This document shows, in pieces, positions 40,126 through 53,538 of a stretch of 64,000 nt of DNA. The notes under the pieces were generated by a model. It searched no databases, was not told the origin of the DNA, and saw only the letters and a program-made list of their open reading frames with translations. Source of the DNA: Tubulanus polymorphus (Eukaryota > Animalia > Nemertea). The stretch covers positions 12,698,275 through 12,762,274 of the forward strand of contig NC_134032.1 in assembly GCF_964204645.1 (NCBI RefSeq). The letters run 5' to 3'. The position numbers and the translations under genes are program-made. Position 1 is the first letter of the stretch. Each line of letters begins with the position of its first letter.

Positions 40126-41229
40126 AGTGGCTGTTTTTCGATATTGGAAATCTCATTGATTTCATAGTAGAAATTGTGAGTAGAATTCTAACACGCACGC
40201 ATGCATGTACACGCACACGGACACGCACACGGGCGTCTTGACGAATACAAATATTCCAAACAAATCATAAAATCAGATAAGAACATCTTGATCGTATTTG
40301 GTTTTAAGTTTTTACCCTGATACAAATGTCATGCTATAAATGAAATAATAGATGTGGTCATATTTTCCAGGAAAGTAGATTCCTCAGATTTGGAAACTAT
40401 GCCGTTGATTCACATTGGACATAATTGCTAAAACAATTTTCATTTTGTTTGTTTCTTTTGTTTTATTAGCGAAAGTTTATTCATGCTATTGCTCGATTCA
40501 GCTCAGCATCATAAGTCCACTGTTCACTTTTTACTGGGATGAATCCCGCATTATGCTGTTCGCGGTTATAACTGCTTCTATGGGGCGAATCATTTCTTTT
40601 CGTCACAACCGATTTACGTGATAACACACCGCACCGGACACAGTTAAATCACTAGACATAGTGATTCTTTAAGTCATATTCGCCGTTCACACTTTTCTCC
40701 GACGTCCCAACCGTACCTACAAAATAAATATAGGAGATTGTCGTAGTAGCTATCAGACGGAGACGATTTGGACCGTGTCAAACTGGCCCGTTCCAGGCCA
40801 GAGTCAAATTAAGCCTAGCGCGTTCACACGAAAATCACTCAATCGTTACTACTATACCAATTTGGCCCGGTTTGAAAATATCTTATATCTTATTAGATCA
40901 GTGCTGCAAGCACTGGAGGGGATATCAACAACAAAGCCGGAGGTGACACAATCCATTTCCTCCCCTCGCGGTAGGAGTGAAAAACTGAGTCAAAGTACTC
41001 ATAGCGAGTCATCTATACAGCGGCCAGGTAACCCTGATTGCTCCTGGGACGGAGAGGCGGGTGAACCCCACAGTTCAGAAGTCAGGTGCTTACTATAAAA
41101 GACCAACAGTATATTTGAAGATTTGATAACGAAAATCTGTTACACTGACGTCACTTCAGCAGATTTTGGTAGTTAAATCTGTAATATCGTCGGTATTTCA
41201 CTTTATAGACTGCCTTCTGAAATGACTTA

Positions 41230-44200
41230 TCAAAAGTCCAATTGCTCTTCACCGACGATAGTAAAGTATCCCAAATATTTACCATTTTGCGGTAAATTCT
41301 CTGCCCCCTTTTCTTCTGTAGCCCCTGGCGATATTTCGTGTAGAGATATTTGCGATTGAGTGTTCGATTCGTCAAACGGTTTATAGTCAGACGACCCCAG
41401 ATCGACCGCGTCCTGTTCGTCGTCCGTTGACGTCACTGGTATGAAGTAAGCTCGTCTGGCGAGGATCGCTAGCAAGAACGTTTCAGCTATCAACATGATA
41501 TTGTGAATATCTGAAGAAAACTAAATAATGTAATGAATCTCGCTATGACATGACTGGGTTAAAGAAAATAACGAGTTAATGACCGTCTAACTACTAGCGC
41601 AACACGTGGATCCTCACTTGCAACAAGTGGAATCCTCTATTGCTACAGTAGCCGATGTCCAATTGCCCACTAGTGACACCTGACGGATCTTCACTTGCCA
41701 CAAGTGGAATCTTCAATTGCTGCAGTAGTTAATGTCCTACCTCACGGATCGCAAATAGAATATTAGGTATTAGGCAACAGGCCGATACTCACTTGCCGCT
41801 CTGGACTGCGTAGCGAGCAGTCCAGTTTGACAGGGAATTCCTCCAAATCTCTGAATCGTCTTCAAAATCACCGAACCTTGTAGATTACTGAACACGATCA
41901 GTAGCTGCATGCAGATAAATTTGCCGGCGATACCCCTTGATTTAAGGTAAGGTCTGGTAGTACGATAGATCATTGCTAAGCCCCACATAGCGGTAACTGT
42001 AGACAGTGCCGTTAGCACTGATATTGCCGTGTAAGTGTCACCAACAGCTCTCTGTAAAGATTATCAGTTTCTAGTTGAATAAAATATTGGTACATTTTTC
42101 AAATTTGAAAAAAAGAAACCGTTAATTACCGTTTCGGCAACGATCAGCGAATGGATGTAGGTCAGTATCGGCCGTACGATAATTAACTGACCCACGACGT
42201 AAACAATTCTCTTTAGATTCTGTCTGTAAAAAAAAAATCAAGAAACGTTACTAAAGTTCAACAGATATTGCAAAAAAGAAAATCAATAAAAACTTATAGT
42301 TTTGCACAAGAACTTTTGGGTTATTGATATCTTAATCTCAAGGTCGTCTGCTCAATAACCATATCAGTTCAAGGTCAAATAGGGAAAAACGCCTCGTCTG
42401 TCAAATTGAGTTTGGAGTGAGAGTTTAATTTTGATAACCTATCGTAATCTAATTTCGTGAAATTGGTCAAAGGAGTATAAGATGCTAATTCTTTTGATTC
42501 TGTAAATGAAGAAATCCTTACGTGGCACGTTTTCGCATTAACGCTTTTCAAAACTTTAAAACATGAAGGGCTACTAACCCGAGTAGTAAGTATCGGATGG
42601 GTTGTGCTTACCTCGTCAGTTTTACCAAAGGTAAGCAGATACAACAGCAGCAACAAGGAGGAGTACTCATTGACAGTTTATCTTGAGACAGCATCTGTAC
42701 ACAGCCCTCCGGCCCACCCATATAACTTATCATTAAATCTACGAATTTGTAGATACACAGCGATAGATACCTGAAAATTCAAGCGAAGAATAGTTTACTC
42801 GGAGGAGTCCGTGGGCCGTGGTCGTGAGAATTGGTCGGGCCAATTTGAAAAAGCAATTATAATCCAAATGGCAAAATAACAATTACTTTCAGGTCATTGA
42901 AATGAATTTTTTCTTTATTTCGGCGCAAACAGTAAATCGTAAATTGTTTTGCGAAACTGCGACCGTGTGGTTAGAAAGTAGGACTATAACCATTATGAAA
43001 ACCGGTCGAGACCACGGACGACTGAATACACGGCAGGCGATAATAGAGGAAGTCTCCTACGCTGAGAAAATGTTTCGTTGTAGCGAATGATTTATTTTCG
43101 ACGTTTCGACTTTATATCCTAACAGCCAACTTCAGTATTCCCGAAGAGGACTGTTTATCAATAGTGATTATATGGAAGACTCACATTGAAGCTACGATAG
43201 AATTCAGGAATATCGAACGGGGAATGCATACGGCTAATAATGAAGTGAAACTCGTCATCTGAAAATTCAAGAAACATGAGAAAAATATAATTTCAGAAAA
43301 AATAATTCCAGGATATTATTTTCTAGTTATTATATATCAGGAGACCATGACCCTCAATTTATTCTTTTCTTTCAGATCATTTTTTCATTCTCAAGATTTC
43401 AACTACAGATAGGAATGAATCAATACCACTTTTACAACTATCTTAAAGCAACATTGAGTGAGTAATTGAACTTTGAATTACACGATTCTTGAAACCTATG
43501 TCGAAAAGGATGTCGAATTGGAAATACTTGAAATAGTTAAGGGTCTTGAATCGATATACGAGACTTCAATCGATACTTCGCCACTTGCAGACACTTACGG
43601 GATAAAGAAAGAGTAGGAAGGTGATTTTACTACGTTTCACCAGTCCGCCTGTCGTCTGGTTGATCGTCTGGTCGAGCGCTCCGTACAGTTGATACATCTC
43701 CTCGAAGAACAAAACGAACGTGGCGAAAACGACCACTGAACAGACGATCAATCCGTAAAACTCCGGAGAAGGAATCACTACACGAAAAAGGATGCTCAGA
43801 TCAGTTCATCGTCACATTTTAGGCGCGATCACACGTAGATGATTTGGCCCGGACCAGACCCCGAGTCAAATTTGATCCGTGCCTTAATCAGAGAGTGCGT
43901 TCACTCGTAAATCACTTTATTCTTCATTATAGGCAAAAAGATGCTGCGGTAGGCAATGTCAATCATTTCCTAGTCAGTGGAATCATTTGACCAGCGCTTA
44001 AATTTGGCACGGGTCTCTACCGACGTTTTCGGTCGGTCCAAACCTTTGGCCAAACCTTTTTAAAAATCCCGACACGGGCACACTTAGCACAGATATGAAA
44101 AATTGAATTTGGTGGCCCGGATCAAAGACGCTCCAGTGTGATGGCGGCTTTAGCGGTGATCCCATTAAGGGGGAAACCCCACTGACGAAACCCCTTCATG

Positions 44201-44291
44201 ATAGGAGAAATTACGTACCTGTGAAAAATTGAGTAATAGTTGGTAGTTCATCCGTGCAATTGATGTCTGCTTTCGTTTTTGATTCGTTCAT
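41230..44291 (-). CDS. SLC51A: Organic solute transporter subunit alpha-like
   Basis: Phase-consistent exons 44291-44219, 43777-43599, 43258-43185, 42770-42612, 42223-42130, 42051-41793 and 41510-41230. Multi-pass membrane protein with LYP..., IPRS, YMGG, the diagnostic Cys string TPPCCCCCICLP, QLIIVRP, KF..MQ and LIAETFLLAILARRAY. Confidence 0.92.
41600..41745 (-). repeat. Minisatellite family A
   Basis: GGATCCTCACTTGCxACAAGTGGAATC twice. Confidence 0.8.
43820..44152. mobile_element. Degenerate Harbinger-like MITE (related fragment at about 40680-40870)
   Basis: Imperfect ends GGCGCGATCACAC / GTGTGATGGCGGC with repeated TTTGGCCCGG motifs. Confidence 0.45.
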
Positions 44292-44950
44292 CGTGAAAGC
44301 TTTGGTGTATTTCGGCTCTCGCTTATTCTGCGACACACTCCTTTAAACAAACCGAACAATTGTATTTTTAACTTGTGGCGGAATATATCTTTTTAATCGG
44401 TGTTTTCCCAGCCAGGTTTGGTTTAGTTTATAAGCCTACGTCCGGATTGGTTCACGGAATAATGAAATGACCAAATTTATACATTAAACTCTCTGGTATA
44501 TACGACTAAACTGGTTCGTGGTGATTAAATCGAACAATATGGTTATAAGATTAATTATAGAACCCCAAAAAACTACGGCACCGTGTCGAATATCTTCTAT
44601 ACCGACTAGAAGCAGGGGTCTATTGGTTATCCCTTCGTCACGGTCAGGAATGGTCGGTCTTCTTAACGCAACTTCACACGACCACCAGCAGAGTAAATAA
44701 AAAGCCGGGAAAGGGAGATTTGAATGCGGAAGTGATTATGAGATTGAGTTCTGTAGTACATTCACAAGCATATTGTGATATTTCTCGCGCAAATTCACTG
44801 CTTAATAATGTTTGTTCCTGTTTTCGGCCGTGTACGTACGTACTTTGGTTTAGTTTAGTTTTTGCTCAACAAAAACACATTTGCTTAGAGCGCAGAAACA
44901 TCTACAATAAATGTGTGAATACATGCATGTATATGTGTAGGGTGGGTAGT

Positions 44951-45867
44951 TCTCTTAACGCGGAAAACGGAATGACGGAAACGGAATAGCGGAGGGAGTA
45001 TCTATGAAGGCGGAATGGTGGAATCAATGTATTTTCAATACCTCGTCGTCAACGCAACAGCATAAAATTAATATACATACAGACATGCATCTGTTATATT
45101 TAGCTACAAACATCACACAGTGGATCAAAACCGCCAATGTAGATAAAAAAAACTTAATCAATTAATTAAAATTTAAGAATTCACACAGTTTTGATCAGTT
45201 AAACAATTCTGTTTTTAATCCTTCGATAAATTATTTCATATAGTGGGTTTATCTTCCACTGATTGTTGACTCTACAGTTTAATTTTATCCTTGAAATTTT
45301 GATATTCCATCGAATTCCTTTAAATTACGCTACATTGAATTTCGTACTATTGATTACTCTTACTGGTACCCGGTACGTAATTTGTGTTGTTTTGATTTGT
45401 AAATAACCCTACATGTAGTCTATGCATCATTCTCCGTTCGGTTGAGGAATGAAATATTTTTTTTGTGATAATGATTGGTCAGTCTTTGCATATTTATTGA
45501 GAAAATTTTTTGTCTGCACAGCGTATAGGCTAGTCACTACTAATGAGCGGACATTCACGAGATTAGTAGGCCTATTTACTTGTAATGAGGTTAAGGGCCT
45601 ACACTCACTCCTTGGGCTTTATCCTGACGAGTATGGTACTGAAACACACGCCGGCTGAACACGGCCATATTTATATTATACTGAACCTGGATTTTACTGC
45701 ACGCGGTAGACCCGGGGTAGGTCTACCGCGTGCAGTAAAATCCAGGTTCAGTATAATATAAATATATGTTTTCTGTATAATCCACAACCGAATTTTAGGC
45801 CATTCCGCCTTCATAGATACTCCCTCCGCTACTCCGTTTCCGCCATTCCGTTTTCCGCGTTTAGAGA
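44951..45867. mobile_element. About 0.9-kb non-autonomous element with ~68-bp TIRs
   Basis: TCTCTTAACGCGGAAAACGGAATGACGGAAACGGAATAGCGGAGGGAGTATCTATGAAGGCGGAATGG at 44951-45018 is mirrored at 45799-45867. Confidence 0.85.
45667..45765. repeat. Perfect 46-bp-arm palindrome with a 7-nt loop (nested MITE)
   Basis: Arms 45667-45712 and 45720-45765 are exact reverse complements. Confidence 0.92.
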
Positions 45868-47111
45868 TGGGCATAAACAAGGCTATAAAAAATTACACTA
45901 TAGATTTAACCCTTTACCTTTTACCCTACGTAATTGCGGTAATTGAACGAACAACTTGTGTCCTAAAGTCACCCGGCGACCAACTCACATTAGATCTCCA
46001 TTCTAATCTACAGAATAGAGCATTTTCACTTAAATTCCAGAGGGACGTGTTGATAAAAAAGCATTTTTTTGCATCGACTGTTAACAGGTTCAACAGAAAC
46101 AGGCTGTTACCGACAGTAGTCGATTGGCGCAGCTGTTATCGACTGCCACCAGTTGACTGGAACAAAGCAGCAGAGGTCGAGGTCGATCAAGTCTCCTCCG
46201 CCCGCAGGCCATTCTATACACGACACGCCCCTGCGACACTAACGGCACGCTTATGCGTGGTCGCAATTCAAGATCAAGATCGAGATGTTAACAAGCGCGG
46301 CTGCAAGTGCTTAACCGTGGTATAAGCCCACAAGGAGGTTAGCCTAATCCCGGGTAAGCATGGTTAGGATAACCGGGTTTCTTGCATGGGACCCCGCAGT
46401 ACGCCAAATTTTGATCCAAATTTCTATAGTGATATTGAAACCAAGGTATGGTCACTTGCATTGACAGTGTGGAAACTTTAAGACGTTGACTTTACATGGC
46501 CCGACTAAACGCTCAATTGCGAGCATATCATGGAATCGAACTGAAATTGACTCATATTTAACTTACACGATGAAACTGGAGCTACGCTAGGTCCCAGGTT
46601 GACAGTAAAACAACCATTCAGTAACTGCCCCTGCTAAAGTGAAGTATATCTAAACTTGTTGTTAACCTCATTTGTACATAAGCTCTACAAGTAAATTAAA
46701 GGTTATTCGTCTGATTTTCGTTGATAATTAGAGACACTAAGAATTAGGCATTGACTTATCAGTTTCTTATACCTAAAGGTTCCTGTCCATAGTACTAGTG
46801 ATAAGATCGCAGATAATGATTCCCCGAGAATGTCTGAGCGCTCGAAAGAACCTCCCGGGTACTTGATCAACGTACCTGTTTATTCGGCCTACTGATCAAC
46901 TTTTCTTTGCGATTCATTTTCAAAGTTTGGATAAAACGCCGCCAGAACCCGGCGCGCATGGGTATACTCTTGTACGGACTGTACTGGGATTTGGAGAATT
47001 CCTGAGGTTTATTCAGTAACTCGGAATAAACTAAATTTAATTTGTAGTATTCCGACTGAGCTAACTCAAAATTATCCTCGAAAATCACTTTCAACTGAGA
47101 AAACAAGATTT

Positions 47112-47290
47112 TGCGCGAGTTTAAATATGATTTCGAATCATTCGAAACCCGTCCACATCTTAAATCCTACTGTGGCAAGCGAGCCGATTCGTGAGTTTAA
47201 ATATGGGATTCGAAACGTGGCACTTCTAAAATCCTACAGCGGCAAGCGAGCTCCGCTTATTCGGTGGGTGTAGCGACGACGCCATTTTCG
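47112..47290 (+). promoter_or_regulatory. Probable promoter of the zinc-finger gene
   Basis: Two ~65-70-bp direct repeats (GAGTTTAAATATG..TTCGAAAC..AAATCCTAC.G.GGCAAGCGAGC) followed by a YY1-type CGCCATTTT at about 47280. Confidence 0.45.
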
Positions 47291-47638
47291 GGTCCACAAT
47301 CTCCACAAAATTGGAATTTTTATAAAATTTGATTTGGGAACCGCGAAGATTTCTCTTTTTCACGTCAGTTGATTATCCAAGAACGATTCAATTAAAAGCG
47401 GCTGTATTCTAGATGTAATCGGGACTGGTTAGTTCAGAAATCGGGTTAAAATACGCTTCAAATCACCGAGAATTGAATCGAAAAACGCTCTTCTGACTAC
47501 GAAACTTTTTAGTCTGCTCAATCAAAATCGTTAATTAACTCTGCGTATATATGATATTTTCTTTGGATATTTTTCAGATTGATGAAATAAACTTTTGAAT
47601 TCTGCATTATTCATTTAGTTAGGATTAATTCTAACAAA

Positions 47639-49498
47639 ATGGATCATTCTGGTGGTGAGTATTTATGACCGACAAAAAGAAATAAATAAAAAAACTGGAT
47701 GATAGCGCTCAAATTTTGTCATTAATTCGTCTTTTGAAGTATTTTATTACTTTCGGCCCTAGTGTTATCCAATTGTCAGTATGAATGAATATCTAGGAAA
47801 GTGTTATGGAATTACCCTGGGATATATGACTGGTCTACATGACTAGTGTCCATAGATCACTGGCTAATTAATAAGTTAATTAGTTGTCTATATAACACCT
47901 CACTGTAAAGGTCATTCAATCAGATGAACTGATTGACGGCCACAAAGTAATTAATTCAATAGGATGAATGTGGGTGATTCAAAAAAATCGAATTTTCATA
48001 AAATTTAGTTGAATGTTTTCTCAGTTTTCTTAAGTGCAAAAAATTGAGCTGCACACTTTTATGAAGGAATTTTACTGGAATGTACTTCTTTCACCCAGTC
48101 AAAAAGTCCTGCCATTTATGTTTATATAATTGTTTCTGCCTTCTTTTTATATTAGCCATACCACACTTTTCAGCAACCTTTTAATAGAAATAAGTTGATA
48201 TTTTAGATCCCCACGAAGTCGTGATCAATGAGATCGTCATCGGAGAGACTTTAGTTGAGATGTCGGAGGGTGAATTCCGTCGATCGGCGTCCCCGGTGCG
48301 AGCGTTAGATCTACAACACCTCGTCAAGCGTTTAGCGGCGCGGGAGGCGGTCGGTATCGGTACGCAATCGGTCGCGCCCGCGTCACCTCCGACGTCGACG
48401 CCGTCTACCGGCGCGTCGTTAAACCAAAACGAGATATCGTTAACGCGTCCACGACGACCTAAACCTTCCCCGGCGCTTACCGAAGTCGCCGTGGGTGTCG
48501 ACGTGTTATCGTCGGGTATCGCTTCGAGCGGTCGCGGCGCGAAGAGTTTCTTCTGCGATATGTGCGGCCACGAATTCAGCTGCCGTAAGAACATGATGCG
48601 CCACCAGGTGATTCACAGCGGCGAGAACCCGCATCGGTGTCGGCTGTGCGACAAGGGTTTCAATCGGTCGGACGCGTTGAAACGACATATGAAAACACAC
48701 GACATCCACCGCCTGTATAAACCGGGCGCCACCGAACCGGGCGCGATCGGTGACTTGAAAAATCTCGAAGAAGGCGAGGTGATCATTCGCGAGAACGGTC
48801 GGCCGTTGATCTGTCATCGGATGAACGACGGCGAAACCGACGACGAATCGTTGTACATTATGGAGCATAATCCGAATCGCGGCGATCCGAATATTTCAGC
48901 CGCAGTCAACGGGATACCGCGTATCGACGTCGGCGCCGATGATGATGAGGACGACGATGAAATTAGCGACACGAACGCCGAGGATTTGATCATCGAAACG
49001 ATTCGTAAAGCGAAAGTTCAAGATTTAGCCGAGAAGGGCATTTCGTCGGAGATCGTCGAGCAACGCGTCGCCGAGGAGGCGTTGGCGTTGCGCGTGAAAC
49101 GCGAGAGTCGCGCGTACGAAGAGGCGCAGCGTCTGTGCGAGGAGCGGCGTCGACGTCGCGAGTCGAAACGCAGAACGATCGCCGAGCGAAGAAAGCAGCG
49201 GCTGCAGCAGCAGCAGCAACGCGACACGGCCGACGCGCGGCTGCAGAAAACGAAAAACTTTCGACGAATCGTGAAAAGAAATCCGCGTGAATCGAACATT
49301 TTGAATCGTGGATTCCCGGCCGAGTTGTTGCCGTCCGGGGAGACCGGTTCGCAGGCGGCGCCCTCTGCGTCGCATTCGAAGTTATCGTCGATAAATATTT
49401 TGACTCCGCGACGAGACTCGCGAACGCGGACAGGTGAAAACGATGACTTTGTGGCGTCGCAAGTGATTATGATGTTGGACGCAGCGTCCGATGATTAG
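47639..49498 (+). CDS. C2H2 zinc-finger protein (two fingers, about 435 aa)
   Basis: Exon 47639-47654 (MDHSG|gtgagt) joins 48207-49498 in frame. Fingers CDMCGHEFSCRKNMMRHQVIH-SGENPH-RCRLCDKGFNRSDALKRHMKTH, an acidic patch and a basic coiled-coil/NLS-like region. Confidence 0.88.
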
Positions 49499-50252
49499 CT
49501 GTGAAATATTTGAAATATGTTTTTTGTCGAGACGATATGTTTTATGAATGATATTCCAGCTCTTAGTTTACTCCAGATTTTGATCTTTGCCAAGTATTAC
49601 AGCCAACCCCTCTTAACTCTTTCAGTGCTTCTACATTTGAATTCGACTTGAAAATCTTTTCTCATCTAGTTTTTGAACGTTATATTGATCGTTGGGTTTT
49701 CTCTTCATTGGAACTTTTTTTCATTTTAGCATTTCATTTTTCTTCTCTGCTCGGAAATCATTTCTGACTGTAACATAACAGTTGTATGAGTCACACTAAA
49801 TAAATGTAAATAAATTTGACAAAATAGAATTTTGTTATTCTGTTTAAAGTCTGGATAATCACAAGTGTGGATTGCTGGTTGTAGGGTCCTCTCTATCTCT
49901 GCCTACAAGACACTAAGGAGGTCTGGACCGGGTCTTTGCGTTGGTTCGTAGCCAGTCTATTAAGTGCAACTCCTTTACAATTTTTGTTTGCAAAATAAGA
50001 TTCCTCTTAGGACGTCGTTGGCGTCCTCATGTGGAAACAAGTTCTTTTACATGGAATTGGGACAGATGGATTGTGGTTGACCCGGTCGAAAATATTCATA
50101 GGAAAAAAGTAAAAGAAAGAAGACTTTTTTACATGTAAATACAATATTTTCCCCCCAAATATTTTATTATTTTATCCCTTCAAATTTAGAAGATATGAAT
50201 AAAACGTAATAACATCGAAATTTTTCCCAAAAAATAAATGAGATAATAAATT

Positions 50253-53200
50253 CTATAACGATTTAATGGTTTGATTTCTGCCACCATCGTCGAATGGTAT
50301 TTCTACAGTTGTCTCGTGGCTAGTTTTATTGCGTTCTGGTAAATACTGCGACACTCTGTCCAACTGAAATATCAATTCAAATCATAGGCCATTTAAGATA
50401 TGAAATATATCAAGTATATATTGAATTTGGTGCACGTATCAATCTGCAGCCTCCTGAAATTATAGCCCCATCAGATATTCAACCATTGTTCAACAAAGTG
50501 TGGATGATCACTTTTTGAAAAATGTCTGATGTTTGTGTAGTTCGCTTTTAACTAGGGTGAGGTCATGAAAAAAATATGAAGTCTGGTAGTCCCCCCCCAC
50601 AACATTCCCAGGACTTTAACCCAAACATTTTCAATTGAAAATGAACTACGAAGACAAGGAATTAGACATTTTATCGGCATCTAAAATTAATTGTCCACAC
50701 TTAACATGTGTTCAGGACTTCAACCGAGACATTTTAAATTGAAAATGAACTACAAACACCAGACATAAGACATTTTGTCGGCACACTTCAAGAAGCCAGA
50801 CATTCAAACAGTGAGTGAGGTGCTCCAGGCCGCTGCATGAACTCGGAGAGCTATAATTTCAGAACTGGTATAAATGAAACACTGACCTCTTGAAGAAATT
50901 TACTGATTGCCTCGAAGTAACCTTGAACCTGCCACGTTTCGTTGTGCGTGCCCGATTCAAATCGCGCGATTCGTTTATGAGCGCTTCCACATGCCTGAAA
51001 GAGACACCGTCGTTAACTACCGGTTACTCGCAAGAGACACCGTGAATACATTTTGAACTTGAACGATTCGTTTCTTACCTCGTAAAGCTGAGCCATCATC
51101 GATGGCGGAATTAAAGTATCGGATAATCCGGATAAAAATAACGTCGGCACATTGCATTGACGGATGCAGCACTTGGATGGAAACTGGAGCAAAAATTAAT
51201 AGGTCATGTAATTCTTTTCTATACAAAAACGGAGTAGGTTTTTTGTTTCGATTAAGTAGCTGATGGTAAAATCATTTTTCGTTAATTCTAGTACTTCTTA
51301 GTATGATTTCTAACCGGAATGCCTCGTGAAACTACCATGGTACCAGCACAAACCCTTGCCCTAGGACACAACCCCTCATTAGATATTCCTTATTTGACTT
51401 GCTTTATCCTGACATTTGATCTAGCAATCTCAAAACATCTCCCAGTGTCCCCTGACTTTTAGCTTTAATACAAAATTTCCTGACTTTTTCAATTCAAAGA
51501 AGAGAAAATTCCCTGAATTTTCCCTGGTTACCAGGAGGTAAGTGACCAGCCTGTTCAACAACAGCCCCGAAAAACTCTTGATTTATTCCTCAAAATTTTA
51601 CCTGATTTTTAAAGCACCAATCGGGAAGAAAATTCAGCACCTTGAAGTTGAAAATATTACGACCGATTTCCGGCAACGACGTGAACGTATTTTCGATAAT
51701 CACGGCCCAAATATTCTGACACATCGCGCCGTTCGACGCTAGATTTATAGCTACAGCGCCGCCTAGTGACCGCCCGAAAACTACGATGCGTTTAGTGTTA
51801 ATGTCCGTCCTTTGCATGAGGTACTCCAACGCAGCCTGCGCGTCTAAATAAATTCCTGAAAAACGAACCAACTATATAGATAGGCTAGGTCTTGTAATGT
51901 CAATGTATGAGAGATAATGATCGCATGAAAATGTTCAAAATAATTGAGTTTTTGTCGCGTACCTTGTTCGCTCGGAGATCCAGAACTCTTTCCATATCCT
52001 CGATATTCGACCAATAATATATTAAAACCTAACATGTTGTATAAATAGTACGCATTCGGTAACCTGCAAAACAATACGAGCATTATGTAAATCACTGGAT
52101 TTTAGAAAAGGCAGGACATTTAAATTGTGTCATTCTTAATATTTATCTACCAAATTGAGACAAGTCTTCAGCCCATTTCTATGCAGTTGTCAATCCGCTG
52201 CCTGTACTCACTGATACAGTCATTCAGTTATCGTTATCTTATAGCCTAACTCAAAGATTGATACCTACACCAAACCTAAGTCTTCACTTTAAGGGCCAGT
52301 TGCACAGTCGAGGTTTCTAGATCTTGAAACCGAGTCTATGCCAATCCTGGTCATAACTTAACACAAGTCTAAGCCCACTTTGTTTCTATAACTTAAGATA
52401 AGTCCTTGGGCCGATAACTTCAGTTATGGCTCAGATTAAAGACCACAGTCCAATTCAGTTCTATAACCGATCTTAAAAGTTAAGACCTGTCTTAAGATTT
52501 TAGAGTTACCGGTAAGCCACAATTGTGCAATCGGGGTCACCACCAGCTGTTGTTCCCAAACAGCTGGTGTCAGGAAACCCGTTCATCGTGAAGCATTCAG
52601 ACGAGACTGTGTACATTACCTGTGCCCGATATTTCCAGCGTTTCCATGGAGAAGCAGCATTGTAACCGCGTGCTGTCGCTGGCCGTTCGGTCGCGGAATG
52701 AACTGCATATTAATACGCACGTTATCGCGTGTTTGAATGTTTATATTCTCGTACGGCAGTCCTAAAGTTTGAGGAGATTCGACGTAGAGTCGCGCGGTCG
52801 GCGGCTGCTCCGGGTAAAATAATAATGTGTCCTGAGCGTTGTATAGAAAACCTACAAAATAGGAAATAGAAGTTAGGACGAGGGTGCTCTTCATCCTCTA
52901 GGAAAAGCTGTTCTTCGACTTGTCCCTGTGGTATAGTAAGCTTTAATAATCAGATGGGTTTATACCAAATGCAATTTGTGAAATCATCTAAAGTGTAAAC
53001 CACAGACGACAGGTTTATTGGTCTAGCCAGGAAACCTATCAGTAAGTAATTGAGTTTCAGTGATCAGATATTTCAACAAACCACATATTGGTATAACTCC
53101 AGTTATAAAAGCTAGCCACAATAAAGTAACAGCTGAGCAGTGGAACTGTAGCAACTGCATTAACGAAAGCCGCTGCAATAATTGATTGAATGATGCTTTT

Positions 53201-53538
53201 TTCATGTTTTTGACGAAATTATAGCTAATTTTCAGTGGCAATATAAGAACCTATCTAGAAGACTATCTTATTTTTCAATTGAAAAAAAAATTTTCAAAAT
53301 GTCACTGAATTGGATACTCACCAACAACTGCAAAACAGAGCAGTAAAAATGCTGCCACACTTCCGTATAACCAATAGAATAGAAACAACGATAGTAACAT
53401 CGCCATACAAAAAGCCCATAACTGAACGGCCGCTTGCCAGACTAGTTTTCCTGCGACGTACAATATTGACACTAAAACTCGACATTTCGAGGGTTTTTTA
53501 TCTATAACTTGCATTATCCTGTATCTGCCACGAGCCAT
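50253..53538 (-). CDS. ABHD13: Alpha/beta hydrolase domain-containing protein 13
   Basis: Phase-consistent exons 53538-53322, 52851-52620, 52063-51963, 51855-51602, 51183-51079, 50994-50887 and 50363-50253. N-terminal TM segment, [17 protein letters not shown], nucleophile GRSLGG, ENTFTS, catalytic D (SGLSDTLIP) and H (GTHNETW). Confidence 0.95.
50497..50790. repeat. Repeat family B (copies in both orientations)
   Basis: TTGAAAATGAACTACAAACACCAGACAT.AGACATTTT units. Confidence 0.75.

Noticed and set aside
40898-41100. GC-richer island downstream of OST-alpha with CCCTCGCGG (HDV-like ribozyme loop)
   Set aside because: Could not build the P1/P2 double pseudoknot; probably a retroelement fragment
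45624-45650. CTGACGA...GAAAC hammerhead-like words (also CTGATGACGAAA at 4972)
   Set aside because: Stem II malformed or absent, and no stem III/NUH with stem I
45867-46325. 152-aa ORF next to the TIR element (also the 139-aa ORF at 7754)
   Set aside because: No recognisable motif, splice context or transposase signature
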